Assembly (NCBI GenBank): GCA_951406725.2
Contig: OX597815.1
Span: 68,200,001-68,264,000, forward strand
Length of the DNA stretch: 64,000 nt
Source of the DNA: Octopus vulgaris
Taxonomy: Eukaryota
Direction: 5' to 3'
The notes under the pieces were generated by a model that was given only the letters and a program-made list of their open reading frames with translations, ran no database searches and was not told the DNA's origin. The translations under genes and the position numbers were made by a program. Positions 63,399 through 64,000 of this stretch are shown in pieces. How positions within the stretch are numbered: position 1 is the first letter of the stretch; every line of letters begins with the position of its first letter.

Positions 63399-64000
63399 AT
63401 GGGCTTCTTATAGTTTCCATCTACCAAATCTACTTACAAATCTTTGGTTGGCTCTGGGCTATAATAGAAGACACTTGCCCAAGGTGCAACACAGTGGGAC
63501 TGAACCCGGAATCACATGGTTGGGAAGCAAGCTTCTCAGTCCTGCACGTATGTGTGTGTGTATGCACACACACACACACACATATATAATACATATTTAT
63601 ATTTAACTCTTCTTATTCTAGTTAGAATTTAAAAAAAGAGATGGAAAAAATCCAGGTGCCTGATACCTCCTACTTGAAAGAAAGGCCTTCTCTTTCTGCA
63701 CAAAGTCTGTACTAAATGAAACCTAAATAATATAATGCATGGTAACAAGATATGAGCTAAAACTGTGATAGAACTACAAAGTCAGGAGAGAAGGCAGTAT
63801 GATCCATTGGTTGTGTGCTCTCAGTTTGCATGGAAACCATTGTTGTAAGGAAGTGTTTCCCAAACTTTTCACACTAAATTGCAATATCGTCCACCTGTGT
63901 TAACCCCCCACCCTGACACTAAATTCCCTAGGAGAACCTCATTTAACACACACACTATATCATAGACTTGTTGCCTGGTTAGTGCCGTTTAGACTAATTA

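Overview
AT-rich, microsatellite- and transposon-dense animal genomic DNA. The SINE and RTE-LINE repeat content strongly resembles octopus (coleoid cephalopod) DNA; this is recognition from memory, not a database result. Almost all ORFs in the supplied track are spurious or decayed transposon frames. The only convincing host coding sequence is one + strand exon (57309-57520) encoding the N-terminus of a citron Rho-interacting kinase-like protein (CIT; ROCK/MRCK/DMPK family), with a possible short in-frame upstream exon at 51377-51457. The rest is intronic or intergenic. It contains decayed mariner, maT (DD37D), Tigger/pogo, hAT and piggyBac DNA transposons (including a same-family nested pair), non-autonomous Helitron/Helentron elements, CR1-like and RTE LINE fragments and tRNA-derived SINEs. 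The most notable signal is a set of small non-coding repeats carrying type I hammerhead ribozyme motifs with palindromic stem III, i.e. Penelope-like pseudo-LTR or retrozyme-like elements. The best is a very young ~0.83 kb insertion (55.3-56.1 kb) with a 363-nt monomer, a 272-bp inversion, a 13-bp target-site duplication and two hammerheads whose core is the covariant U3-A8 variant (UUGAAAA). Other hammerhead families occur at 43.4 kb and at 22.3/25.0 kb.
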